A stretch of 59,346 bases of DNA, counting the filler, from Sphacelaria rigidula (lineage: Eukaryota), in assembly GCA_964200075.2 (NCBI GenBank). It is 10 parts of 10 records of this genome, joined end to end, with 100 filler letters (N's around TTAATTAATTAA, not from the genome) between each part and the next. Parts side by side here need not be neighbours in the genome. Positions count along the whole stretch, not along the records: positions 1 to 5,845 come from CAXNAA020024008.1; positions 5,946 to 11,790 come from CAXNAA020024009.1; positions 11,891 to 17,735 come from CAXNAA020024010.1; 7 more parts are not named here. One strand, 5' to 3'. Within the stretch, counting starts at the first letter, position 1. Each line of letters opens with the position of its first letter. Below, piece after piece: positions 1 to 12,219 of the stretch. The notes under the pieces were generated by a model. It had not been told where the DNA came from. It worked only from the letters and a program-made list of their open reading frames with translations, and searched no databases. The position numbers were made by a program, and so were the translations under genes.

Positions 1-248
1 GGGGGTCCGCCCCAACAAGGGCGGGAGGGGGCCCGCCGGGTTCTCGTCGGACCAGGGGGGGGGGGGGAGGAGGTAGCATAACTCAAAAATTAGGCAACCA
101 AAAAACGCAAGGGTCTCGATCACGCTCTGAGGTGCAGTGAACAGTTAATCCGCTGCACCATACTAGTACGATGACTTTTCATCAGTATCGTATCCCAGCT
201 GGTATGCCGCAAAGCAGTTGTGCTTGTATCTTGTATCCATATGCGCAC

Positions 249-1559
249 CTCATACGCCCGCCAGTCGTCCTTTTTCACACCGCAGGCCACCAGCCCTTCC
301 TCAATCAAGCGATAAAACGCCCCCTCCCCGAGACTACCCACGGTGGCTGCAGCATATGTTCGAGCAGGGTTAGCAGTTGGGATTCATTTGTAGGTGGTGG
401 CGGGCGAGCGAAGGTGTGGGATGTGGGGGGCACCGCTGTGAGCCCATCATCAGGCGGTGGGCAGATGATGCCTGTAGCAAACAAAGGACTACGTGGTGGT
501 GAGCCCCGAAACAGCACGCTACCTGCGATGCGTGTGTGTCAGGCCACCCGGTGATCTCTCCCACGCCGGAGGATCGTAAGTGCGCATGTGAACCAGAAAT
601 GATGGGGTTGGAGGGCTGTGATTGTGCTTTTTACCCGCCCCGTACCACTGCCTGCGCCTTGTTACACCGTGTTTCAACGTAACAACCGGTGAGGAGGGTC
701 GTCTTTCTTCATCTCGAAAAATGCGCAGTCGTCCTCGAGTGCCGATGACGGTCTTGACTTCGCCGCTCTTTGGACGAGTAAGTTGCATTCCAATATATCA
801 TGAGCGAATACCTCGACCCTAAACCCTCTCCATGATTCCTATCGATCAAAGCCTGAACACTTCGAGGACAAAGGGCCGATGCATGCGTTCAAATGTCCTC
901 CCGCTTTCTGTCCCCGGAAAGTGCGAGTAGCAACCAGCCCTGCCAAACAGCAGCTTTGTTTGCGAGATAGCTCCTACCCTCGGACATGACGAAGTAAACA
1001 AAAAACCACCGTGTATCCATTCTCCAGCACTTGATGACACGCCCATTTACGATCGTCGGCTATGGGTTTTACGTCCAATACTCCCCTCTGGGATGACAGG
1101 TGCATACCCTGCTACGCGAAATACCCTGCCCCTTCCCACCCGCGGTCCCCCCCCTCCCCCCCCCCCCCCCCCCCCCCCCCCTGCCCCCCGCCCCCCCACT
1201 CCCTTCTCCCTTGTCCTCTCACTGCTCCCTCACATCGGCATTGTACGAGCTCCAAACGATCGTCTAGTTGGGCCACCTCACGTTCTCCGTATTTGTTACC
1301 GACTGATTCCGCAACATCGCCGTCGTCGTTCGCGGCGGTGCAATCACCGCTGTCCTCATCGCCGACTTCGATCACCACGTAGCTACCGAGAGGAAGCAGT
1401 ATCATCGCATGTGCAGGCACGCTCTGGCCAAAGGATCTCATGGGTGCTCGTGGCGACGACAGCGGTGGTGGAGGAAGACCTGCGGCATCACAGGTACCTG
1501 TCGCTGCCGCAGCAGTGTTTTCGGAATTTGGTGTTGTTTCCGTCGCGATGCTGCTGCTT

Positions 1560-1611
<52 letters not shown>

Positions 1612-4600
1612 CGTTGTTGCTGTTGCTGTTGCTGTTGCTGTAGCTGTTGTTGCTGCTGCTGCTACTGCTACTGCTGCTGCTGGTACTGCTGCTGGAGCTG
1701 CTGCGACTTTTGTCGTTGTCGGGGAGATCGTTCCCTGTCTGATTTATAGTGTCGGACGGATCTCCGCTGTCCTTGTGTTGTACATTGGGCACCGTGATAT
1801 CCTACAACATGTTTTTTTGTCACGTGACGTAGGTCGAAGGCAGAGATCATCGAGTGTGCATTTTCGAGATATAAAGGCGGCGGTCAAGAAAAACAAGGGG
1901 AACAGAGCAAGCGTTGTGTACGGTACAGATATATTTTCCAAAATCACAAGCTCTAACCCCGCCATCCGAAGAGCCGACACCCCTAACGATCGTGCTCGAC
2001 CATGGTTCTGAACGAGAGTGCCGCCAAAACTGCGCCCAAAATACTACCCAGAAGCTTTTACCTGCTAGATTGAATACGTGGCCACAACACGGTTCAGTTA
2101 CACTCCTGAATAACTATGTATCAGAATCGCACTCGAAACCTTCAAGCAGACGAACCCAGCTACAAACCTGGGATTTTATAAATTGAAGGTGGACTTTTTT
2201 ATCGAGGACGAATCTAAAAAAAACCTTAACGGGCATCGAGATCCTCTCGAAAACAGGAGGCAAATGCACTATCCGGACGTGATGTGTAGCCCCCCTCATC
2301 CTAAAACAAATCTCATCCGAAATTTGTGAAATTCCGTGTTAACAGGGGATTCTGCAAAAAAACAAGAACAGTTTTTTGTACGGGGAATAAACCTAGATCG
2401 AAATTGTTCCGTATTAACCCCAGATTATACAAATAATTGCCGATGGATTCTTTCGAGGGTCAGCGACGCCAGACGTCAAGACCGGAGAGTGAATAACACT
2501 TCGATGCTCACGAAGATTACCAAGGTTCATCCTGACAAACAAAAAACCATCCTCATTATTATGTAAAATCCCATGCTTACGTGGCTACACCGCGTCCCCC
2601 CCCATATCAGTTTGAACTCATCTTACTCTATCAGAGGATAGGTGCTTACCCGTGTGACGCGCACGCTCCAATCTATCTCCAGAGCACTATCTCTAACCAC
2701 CTGCTTGAACAGTGCCATCGACCGTCCGTCGCAGCACTCCAGGAGTCGCAGCACAATGGGGTTGAGAGGAATGTCACCTTCCCACGTTGGGTCCGCATTG
2801 TCCGGCACCATTACGTGCACCATCTTCTTTGTATCTGCCGATAAACAGCAAAACAACGATTTGTGCACCTTGGATATCTATACACGTGAGTGTATGTATT
2901 TAAATGCACACGCATTCTTCGTCAGCCCACCTGGGGCCGTACAAGAGGAGAGGTGGGCACAACACTGAGGCCAGTACACCATGCTTCGCCTCCGCAATGC
3001 TTCGCCTCCGCGTCAACGCAAGGAGTAGGGGTGGGGGGGGCGGGGAGGTATGTTCAGCCGACTAAACAAAACGCACCGTTGTATGCGTAGGCCGTGGCGA
3101 CGAACCAGTCGTTGTCTTTATCCGCGATGTCGACGACCCACTCCACCGGAAGACTATCCACAACTCCATGCCGGATGCCGACATCACTGTTATCGACGTC
3201 GCCTCTCGCTGACTTGGTCCCTTGGCCGGCCTCGGCGATCAAAGCGTCCAGCAGCTGCGATTGGGAGAGCACGTTGGGTAATACAGACCGCAAAGATAAG
3301 CATTCAGGGCTTTGCGGTATGTCCGTACTGTAGGATAGAGCACATGGGACTGAGAAGCGAAGGCCGTGTTGGAGCTGACTAACTTCAACCGTCTAAGCGT
3401 TGTCGCTCTCATCGCTTCATTACTGTCTCATGTGCCGTGCGCAGCCGTTTGTCTCGAAGTATCACGTGCCACCGACATCGTACTCTCCTTCAACTTGCGC
3501 CTGCTCTACTTGGATGAAGCGATTTCTTGCGCGAGACACCGCCAGACCACGAAACCCTCGACCGTCCCCGCGTGGCCCTGGTGTACTAGATATCTCGGTA
3601 TCGTCGCAGAGCCAGGTCTGTACAGCGCTGGCGTCTTCGCCCGCGACCCAACCTCGCTATTTTTGGCTGTCTGTTCGATCAGCCATCGTCTCTCGTGATC
3701 ATACGGCATTCGCCAGCGACGTTCTTTCTGTCGCCCGGTTCATGTTAACCTAGACCACTGGTCCCTTTGCGTCGTACCCACCCGTGACTAGTAGTTTGGT
3801 CTGGCCTAGCTCTGCGTCTAGACGTGGGCACACAAAATGGTTAAGGAAGGTTATCCTCGATCCACGCCATGAAGATCCCTCGTACTGCATTGTGAGTTCT
3901 GTTCACGACCGTTTTGTTTTCCACTCTTCGGCCATCGTTAGGGTGAACACACCACGTCCAACTCATGCACTAGATGAAGCGTTTCGGATTCCTTGTTGCA
4001 TGCTAAGGTTGGCCACTGCATCGCGGTCTATGATGGGCTCGTTCTGCCGCACCAGACCGTGGCCCGGTACAGCTAAACTCGAGCCCACCAAATGAATAGC
4101 TTATTATTCGGGACAAGAATCGCACCATGTCCGTCCATTGTCGTTCTCACCGCTTCCTCTTCCGCCGATATGCGAAGGTCCGGAAGGTCGTCGAAGGAGA
4201 AAACCTCAGACCTAGGAGATGGATCTCCTTTTCTCGGGAGAGAATTAGCCTGAGAAACAACGTCAAAATGATAACACTCGATGAACTGTGATTTTGCCTG
4301 AAGCTGGGACAGGCACGGACTTGACGTGTCAAAGTGCTGAGTGCAGCAGAGCGATACACTCTCGAGTCCAACAGGACCACTACTTCGTGATATCGTGCTG
4401 CGTTAGTCACAGTACAAAGATCCCAGCGCTGACTTCCTCTCTTACCCTTGCACGTCAAGGAACTCAACAAGCAGCCTATTGCTATTGCTGAGCCACCCAA
4501 TGCCGTCGTTTACACACTTGGAGTGCATTATCTTCGCCGCGATCACGTGTACAATGCAATGAACTCACCACGCGCGCTATTAATAGCTCGTTGTTGCGCC

Positions 4601-5030
4601 GCCAAGGGATCAGGTATTATATATGTCATCACTGATCGGTAATCGCCACTATTGTCATTGAGCCGACGGCTCACACCAAAGCTTGGACACGGTTTAGTTT
4701 GCACACATACCCCCAAGTAGCGTCATTTCCTCATGCTATCCCATCTTATTAATTCGAGGTAGGAATACAGTATACTTCAATATACTTCGTATAACTCTTT
4801 CTACATGTATCTTCCGCGTGTGCTCTTACCGATACCTGGAACCTGGACATCGAATCCCTGGACGTAGCCGTCGAGCGCCGGCGAGAGCGCTTTGTGACAG
4901 GTGGAGATAGACCAGACGCCGGGTTGCCCTTTGCGAAACCCACGATCGTCGTCGCAGGCGGCGTATTTGGTCGCGAAACCATGTCTTCTACCCAGTGCGC
5001 GCCCAAAGATTGGTGATGCCTCCTCCCAAT
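249..5030 (-). CDS. Partial multi-exon gene, uncharacterised protein with a beta-rich (possibly Tudor/SH3-like) segment and a Ser/Asn low-complexity insert
   Basis: Exons 5030-4836, 3254-3077, 2834-2650, 1801-1234 and 346-249 each have an AG acceptor and GT donor, with matching phases (0,1,0,1). They give one open frame: ...SRFQ|LLDALIAE...VEWVVDIADKDNDWFVATAYAYN|DTKKMVHVMVPDNADPTWEGDIPLNPIVLRLLECCDGRSMALFKQVVRDSALEIDWSVRVTR|DITVPNV...(S)n(N)n...LDDRLELVQCR|STVGSLGEGAFYRLIEEGLVAC... No start or stop identified in the contig. The first exon is the least certain. Confidence 0.75.
1560..1705. repeat. (GTT)n/(GCT)n trinucleotide microsatellite, coding poly-Asn/poly-Ser on the minus strand
   Basis: Long GTT run followed by GCT/GTT variants, inside exon 1801-1234. 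Confidence 0.95.
3370..4480 (-). mobile_element. Degenerate non-LTR (LINE) reverse transcriptase remnant in an intron
   Basis: Minus-strand fragments resemble RT motifs: PSFRQNHSSSSVIILTLFL ~ G(V/L)RQG..SP.LF, and FAY.. ~ YADD region. Frameshifted and stop-riddled. Confidence 0.35.
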
Positions 5031-5845
5031 CTGGAAGATCACCCAAAATATCACACCGAGCGCATGTTCACACCATACACCCAGGGTTGTACCAAAGGGG
5101 TGTGTGATGAAATACGGCGAAGTCAACGAAACCTACGTGTTGAAATACGAGCCATCGTCGCAGCACCGACGTGTGTTTGTGTGTCTCGACCTTCACACAC
5201 ACACACACACACACACACTCCGATGTAGCTGTGATTATCGCACCCGAGATATGATCGTTGAAACAGTCGACGACTGAGAACAGCAGCCTAAACTGGAAAC
5301 TAAGCCTGAAGTTTGAAATGAATCTCATGTAATTTGCCGAATCTGCTTCGTTTGCCCAAAAAAGAGTTGCAGCGAAAGCTGCAACTATTCGCACTTTCGG
5401 GGTTGGTTTTTTCCATTTTCATACTTGGAGGGCTTCTCTCGCAAAGACAAGTACTTACTTTATTTTCCTAACTTTTAAAAAAACCACAACAGCTGAGACG
5501 GAAGAACTTTCGGGGGCGAATGTTTCGCCAAGAAAAGGGTTCTATGAGACGCATTTCAAGACTGAAAATCATTTTCCATTTCGGGTTATTTCTGAGACTT
5601 TTGAGCTTGTATATCACGAATTGCAATTGACTTCAGCAGACTACGTACCGGAAGTCGAGAACAGCTTGTTTTTCTGGGCATTCATGACGAATATGTTCGT
5701 TACGATACCATCGCTGTGACGTCCTTCAATACCTCGATGACAGCATATCCGAGTTTGTTTTTGTGAGAGCTCCATTCATACCACCCATCCCCCCCCCCCC
5801 CGCCCCGCCCGCCCGCCCTCACCGGGCGACCGGTGGGACCAAGAC

Positions 5846-5945
5846 NNNNNNNNNNNNNNNNNNNNNNNNNNNNNNNNNNNNNNNNNNNNTTAATTAATTA
5901 ANNNNNNNNNNNNNNNNNNNNNNNNNNNNNNNNNNNNNNNNNNNN
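5846..5945. other. Artificial 100-bp contig spacer (N44-TTAATTAATTAA-N44); also at 11791-11890, 17736-17835, 23681-23780, 29626-29725, 35571-35670, 41515-41614, 47459-47558, 53403-53502
   Basis: The identical spacer occurs nine times. TTAATTAATTAA places stop codons in all six frames. Confidence 0.98.
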
Positions 5946-6024
5946 AGGTACACAAGTGTGTTCATGCTTCACCTGTAGGAGCTGGATCGCATAGAAACTG
6001 ATCTATCCGACGTGTGAACTTGAA

Positions 6025-6140
6025 CAATAAAAAAAGAAAGACTCCTGTGTTGACCTTCCTCCTGTGTGACCCCGGCTGGTGCGCCCACATGTACCGAAAG
6101 GTGTAGATCGACGCTATGGAATAGATGGGACGACAACACG
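6025..6140 (+). mobile_element. 3' fragment of the tRNA-derived SINE family (see 46672-47037)
   Basis: ctcctgtgttgaccttcctcctgtgtgaccccggctggtgcgcccacatgtaccgaaaggtgtaga...gggacgacaacac is near-identical to about 46925-47025. Confidence 0.8.
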
Positions 6141-6349
6141 GTCAGCTCCGTTTTGATGGAGATATCGTCAATCATGTGCGCGTTGATTGAAGCATATATG
6201 ATGTCGTCGAAACAATCACTGAAAGCGGTATGATGAGCGCGGCGGTTTACCCGCGCAAGACCCTTGCTGACAGACACAAGCTCCCTAAGCCTGCTTCTAG
6301 GCTCCTGTTGCATATTTTGCTGTTGATTGTACTTGAGCACGTTTCACGT

Positions 6350-9300
6350 TATTTGCTACTTGTGTAATGGTCGACCAGCCTTCCCTTCGTGTTTGAAAGC
6401 CAGCACGATACTCTACCGTGGGTGGATACGAGCTGCGTACTAAACCTCACAGATTTCCCTTCGACATCCCGGCATTTATCAGGTCGAGCTTTTGTTGTGT
6501 TGTTCACTTTGTGGCATGGATGAAATGCCTTCAAACCTTTTGCAATGGATTTCTTGTTATCTCCAGACCACGCGCACAGATGTTCTTTGTTCCAATAGAT
6601 GATGTGATTGAGGAAAATTCTTCCTTTGATGTTAGCACAGCGGTATCACGAATGTACAGTAGCTGCATAGCCACAGTTCGTACGAGGGTCGAGTTAAGTG
6701 TGATTTCTAGATACTCTTTCCGGCGAGTTGTCGGACTCCAAACAGGGTATTCAATCGACGAGGTTTACATGATATTTTCATGTACACCGCAGTGGTGTTC
6801 GTGTCCTCCCACCGTATAACTCGTGTGACAGTTCATACCCATTTAATGTGGTCCTCAAATGCTTCCAAGGCGTAATCTTTTTCGCACGACCTTTTTACCT
6901 CTAGCCATGCTGCAGGGCTCGCGATTCCTTGTATTTTTTTGTCTCACCATTCTTTGCTTCCATTTTGTTGCCATATTTTTTTCTTTTTTCGTCCGGACCG
7001 ATTGTTCATGATGTTCCCCTTTTCTTTCTTCCCCTCCCCCCTTTTTTCATTTTCTTGTCTCTCCTTTTCAGTTTATTGAGTTACTTGCAGCTGGTGTTAT
7101 GTTACGTCATTTCGGCCGACTTAATATTTACCCAGACCTACATATTGAACCACAACCCGGTCCTTTACGTACTGACAACTGGTTGCGTGACTTGATTGTA
7201 CGCCACCGTTGAGTACTTCAGTCTGGTGTCAGCCAGTTGAGTACTAGGATACAATATACCTATTGTTTATCACTTGGATACAGTGAGGGGCAGGTGTGAG
7301 CACTCTTAATCCCGTACATAGCACTCGCACGGGAGGCTTGTTACTCCTTTGAATATGTCGGCTACTCTTCTAGCGACCCATACGCAAGCGATAAGAGTCA
7401 TCGAACAAGATTCCACAGTCTTCGCTCTGACGAAGTGATTTTTTTCAAGACTCCCTGCATAACTAGACGCGATGGAGAGAAACTTCGCAACGAACGACAT
7501 GATCAAGAAGATACCGGTACACAGTTATAAATCGTTAATCACCCTTCCAGCTCGCTTCCACCACACCTACGGCAGCGCACAAGCATGTGATTTATGTATA
7601 TCTTCAAGAGTAGACGGGAGATGCGGAAATGTGCAGAAGCCCGGAAGTCAGCGTTCATTCTAGCATCCAAAACCTGCTCGCAAATAACTCACGCTGTCAT
7701 GTTTTTTGCACAAACAAGGAGAGCTTGCTAACAGCCGTCGTTCAAATTCAAGGTTGTGCTGATAGCCCGCTAAATGTATGGTGCTCGCTGGTCGTGACTC
7801 CGTCTTTTGCTCAGCTTATCAGTTCCTTGCATTAGTGTGTGTACTACATCTACATCAGAACTTGGGAGTACTATCGTTTTTGGCTATGCAGAGCAAGTAG
7901 ATTTGTCCCGTTGTGTGAGTACAAATACCATTGGCTCTGTGAGGGGTATTATGACATGAAGATTCAGTGGAAATGCCCACTTCGAACAAGTAGTAAGCGG
8001 GGTGGTTTCGCCACAGGTGGCTTGTGCTGCCGAGCCGCACCTTGGATACCCGCGTCGTACATTTGTGTTGGACATTCGTGGTGTCTCTTGCACGTACGTC
8101 AGTTATCGTCACGTTCGTGTGCTCGATTGATACTGGTGTGGTGTCGATAGGCCTTCGTTTCGCGCTTGAAAATCAAGTACACTTCGGCCCCACGGAATGT
8201 GTTGAGATTGTCCAGATGTCATGTCGCTTAATTTAAGGCCTGGACGTAATCCTGTCAATAATTTTGCAGAAACCAGCTTGTGATCTATAGTCGACGTCCC
8301 TTGATTCGATATCTATAGATACATGAACTGCGTAGCGCGAGAAGTTTCTGCATTTGATGTCAGCACAGCGCAACCCGTGATGGTCGACATCACCCATCAA
8401 AATATGGAAACGAATGTTAGTTGATGAATTGCGAGGAAACTAGCCGGCCCAACTCGTCTAAATATGTCTTCAGCTGCAACGCGCGCGCACTACCACGCCA
8501 CGCACGACCAGACCTCATCAGAGGTCGTTTGCGCCCCAAACTCATGCGAGTTTTGTAGATACGCATCTAAAAATTAGCTCGGTTGGACAAAACTGGGAGC
8601 AGCGAAGCATGTCAACAGTCGCATATACGGCAGCCGCGCACCCGAGCTACACAGAGTACAAAAGTAAGACTTGGCTTGGTTAACGATCTGTGGAAAGAGG
8701 CATCCTTAACTGCGTCGGGGATCGCAAAACGTAAATGCGGGTATTGGTGGACTGAAAGAGGTATAAGGGGCATGGTAGTCACACCGCAGTGCTCCGCGCT
8801 GGCTTGTTTCTGCTCGTTTGACCTCTTGTCAGAGTTGTTATATTTGCTTCTAGTGACGTTGGGACAATAGTTGTTCATCACTCTGATGGATTGGTATTGT
8901 GGTAGATAAATTATTTCGTAATTGTAGTAGGCGATACAGCTACAACCAGTGTGTTGCATACGGCCAAGGCAGGTGAATTTGAAGCTGAGTGAAATATGAT
9001 GCAGAGGTAAGAAGTCGAACGTTTCAAACTTCTATTTAGACATGAGAAAAGTGAGAGTCATGGAATAGCTTCAGATCTCTTGTACTAAAGAGCAAAGGTT
9101 TTGACAGCGTTCGCACAGACATTTACTAAGCATGGGAACGTACCGCGTGCGTTTTCCGTATCTGGAGTCAGTGCAATTGACTGTATCGAAGTAGATGCTG
9201 AGGAAGCGTCACTCGTACTGAAGTCGAAAAATATGCTCCCCTTGTGAAAAAAAACAAGATTCTAAATTATATGGAGTCGTATAAACACTGAGACTCGTCA
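6350..9300 (-). mobile_element. Fragmented, ancient LINE (APE endonuclease + RT) remnant
   Basis: Decayed motifs occur in the expected order on the minus strand: VRTL (~9110), LVVAVSPT (~8940), DHKLVSAKL (~8275, APE end), KGD...MSFVAKFLSI (~7500, RT N-terminus), LLYIRDTAVL (~6650, YADD-like), GLEI..K (~6560). Confidence 0.55.
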
Positions 9301-11419
9301 AGTGTCAACACTTGAGCAGTGAAACGCTCGTGGTCTCTATTGGACATCCATGCTTTTGTTCTGTTGTGCATTGCGTACAGTCAGCGCTGTGCTGTGCAAA
9401 CGTGATGATGCCAATTTGAGGGAAGGGGTGGTATATCCCCGAAGCGGTGACAAAACTTTCGGCTTCATTCTCCATGCACGAACTTATGTATCCTCAAGAC
9501 GTCGTCGGCACTTAGCTTGTAGTTGCCATGATATGTTTCGATTGTTTCACGGTCGATCGTGTTATTTTAATGTAGTCGTGCCTGAAAATATTTGGGTAAA
9601 GTGCTCAGGCTCTAGCCACGAACGCGAGATACGTGTCATCATTTACCTTGTGCAAAAAGAAAAATAGGCACGTGAATGAAAACGCCTCGACAGGGCACTA
9701 AGGAGCTCGTGCTGAGCACGCAACGGCCACAACAGGGGCACCTTGCTTCTAGATTTTGTAGTCGCACACCTTGTATTGAGACAGAGGTAATCGTGGTCTG
9801 GAATCCAGCCTTGAACACTCTTAGATGGAACATGAGGGGATGTTTCGTTCTCTGCAAGACAGTGGTGGCTGTTTACCCTTTTTTTAGAATCGCATCCCCA
9901 TCACTCTGCTTCTTTTTATTTCGAGAATCTTGGTCGGCATTTTATGGATAAGGGAAATGAGCTTTTGTAGCCAGGTTACTCGTCGCCTAGTGGTGAGCGT
10001 AGTTTACAAGCTTCACGTATTTCTCGTGTGTGGTGTGTAGTATAGGGTGTGGGGTGACTAGTCCAATGGTGTACAATAAAAAACGTGAAATTTTTGTGAG
10101 TTGCAGGAAAGAGTCACATTCAGGTACAACTGGACATTTTGGGCACTTCGATGTGGCATGCTGATAATAATACATCACGTCTCAAACATGGCCGTGTGAT
10201 TGACCAAGACAGCGGGATACGTCTAGGCGACTGCAATTGCAGCCGTCATGCCTAAAACTGTCTTCTTTCCCTGGCAGGCTGTACCTGTACTGTACCATGG
10301 CGAATATGTGGAAACGGAGGAAAAATAATACCGGAATAGCGAGTGACACCTACGGAAGATTGCCTGGTAACCGTAGCAATCAAGAAGAGTTCGCACATTT
10401 CTAGACTCCGAAGATGAAAAACTGTTTCTGCTGCCTGTTTGCCCCGCACTTTCATACTCCTCCTCCAACGTAAAGAGCCACCTCTGCTGCCTTTCCGTTC
10501 CCATATTCGATATCACATGACGCCCACCCTCCCCGTTTACAGTTGAAAGTTGCGAAACTATTGGTGCCGCGCAAAGCATCGACTTTTTACCACGATAAAA
10601 CGGGACGAAACACCACGACAAAGTAAACACACACTCTCACGCGCACAGGCACGGGTGGGAAAATGGCTGCAACGCTGATAGCTTAGCTTCCGCAGGTGAC
10701 TTTATCGGCCTCATGCATGTGATACTCGTTAGGTGACCTGGTCACTCATTGACTCCTCTCTCTGGGGTGTACGGTGGTGTCGAGGCAACTTCCCAGCTCA
10801 ATCGATCTCTCTATTATACTTTTGTTGGTACCGTATCAGTTGGAATTCGATCACACGCGGTCAAGCTCTTGTCAATTTCCCATAACATTATATGCCAGTA
10901 CTCCAAGCCCAGCAACATGTTCTCATTACTTGAGCCAACTTGAATTTGGATTTGACTGTCAGTGGCTTTATTTCTTGGGTTCGGATCACCTTTTCTAAGG
11001 TAGATTTTGTTGTTGCCGGTAGTGTACCACCCAAAATCAGAAACTGTCGATCCCCAAGTGAGCATACCGCAGCCCATAAGCAGAACTGAGGGTTGGGTCC
11101 CTCTCACCCCCTCCTTTCGGGCTGAACTGAAAAACTCAGGGTGTGGTACCGGAAGAAATTCAAGGATAGATTACCCCTTTTTTCCCTACACGTTGGTGAA
11201 GACAATGAAGATAATCCTACCGGCAGTAGCACTCCGATGTGTGCTCAAACAAGCATTCGAAAATCGTCTCGAAAATACGAAGTGTAAGTACTATCAATAC
11301 ACACCCCAACGGTCGTGGTGATAACCCATGCTTAAATCCTTCGAGTACTCATGCTAATTGTGCCGGTATGTGAAGCCACAGCTCTCGTTTGGGAAAATAA
11401 TCACCATGGGGGAGGGGGG

Positions 11420-11600
11420 CATTGTGATTTGACTGTCGCACTTTAACTGATCCCCCAAGGGTCCAGCCCTGGTCGCATGATCGACGGACACAACAAAACG
11501 GAAACACTCGCTCAAGAAAAAGAAGAAACAGAAGAAAAAGTAGAACAGAACGACATCGTAGACTAAGACGTAAAAAAAAAAAAGGAGGAAAAGAAAGCAC
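11420..11600 (-). mobile_element. 3' end of a non-LTR element family ending ...GGGGGATCAG..AAGTGCGAC-(AATC)n
   Basis: Same terminal motif at ~19160-19225(-), 25080-25330(-), 27383-27427(+), 29010-29052(+), 48460-48580(+), 50110-50230(+), 53285-53345(-). Several copies have a T-rich body upstream. Confidence 0.65.
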
Positions 11601-12219
11601 AGAAAGAAATGGCCGGTCTCTGCCACACGGCTTGATCGTACAAGGTCTTGCGCGGAAGCACTCTCATACCCAGTCGCAGGAAACAAAAGACCATGTGTGT
11701 GTGTGTGTGTGTGTGTGTTATCTTCACATTAAAAGCCGTTCCGATATCTGCGCGGTACATTGGTACTGGGCATCTTATGCGGACGCCTTCNNNNNNNNNN
11801 NNNNNNNNNNNNNNNNNNNNNNNNNNNNNNNNNNTTAATTAATTAANNNNNNNNNNNNNNNNNNNNNNNNNNNNNNNNNNNNNNNNNNNNGCTCGCTCTT
11901 CGTGCGACTCGCCGAACACACTACGGCGCTTCGCGTTCGGTGGTTTGAGTGCAAACCTGGTCCGGCGAAAACCCTGCGTGCTCCGTCCCGGCATTGTAGG
12001 GATGCGAGGTTAATGGTCTTATGACTACGGCATGCATGATCATGAGTACACCCTCTTGGCCCCCAAAAGCACCGGAAAAAAAAAAGAGTAGGCACGGTTG
12101 GTGGAAATCGATTTCACCACGTTGCTGTACGAGCAAAAAAAGATGAAGCTCAGGCACAGAAGATGACACAACGCCGAAAGAAACGGAGCCCAAGATGAGA
12201 AGAAACAAAGCCGCTAAAC

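Noticed and set aside
1093..2011. Plus-strand ORFs with poly-Cys, poly-Val and poly-Leu
   Set aside because: These are shadow frames of the (GTT)n/(GCT)n microsatellite. The splice-supported frame is on the minus strand.
5890..5901. TTAATTAATTAA as a biological motif
   Set aside because: It sits in the middle of N-runs at every gap, so it is an assembly linker.
10223..11107. Candidate minus-strand exons (RWLFTLEEEYES...; ENMLLGLEYWHIMLWEIDK...)
   Set aside because: I could not join them with canonical splice sites in phase, and recognised no homology.
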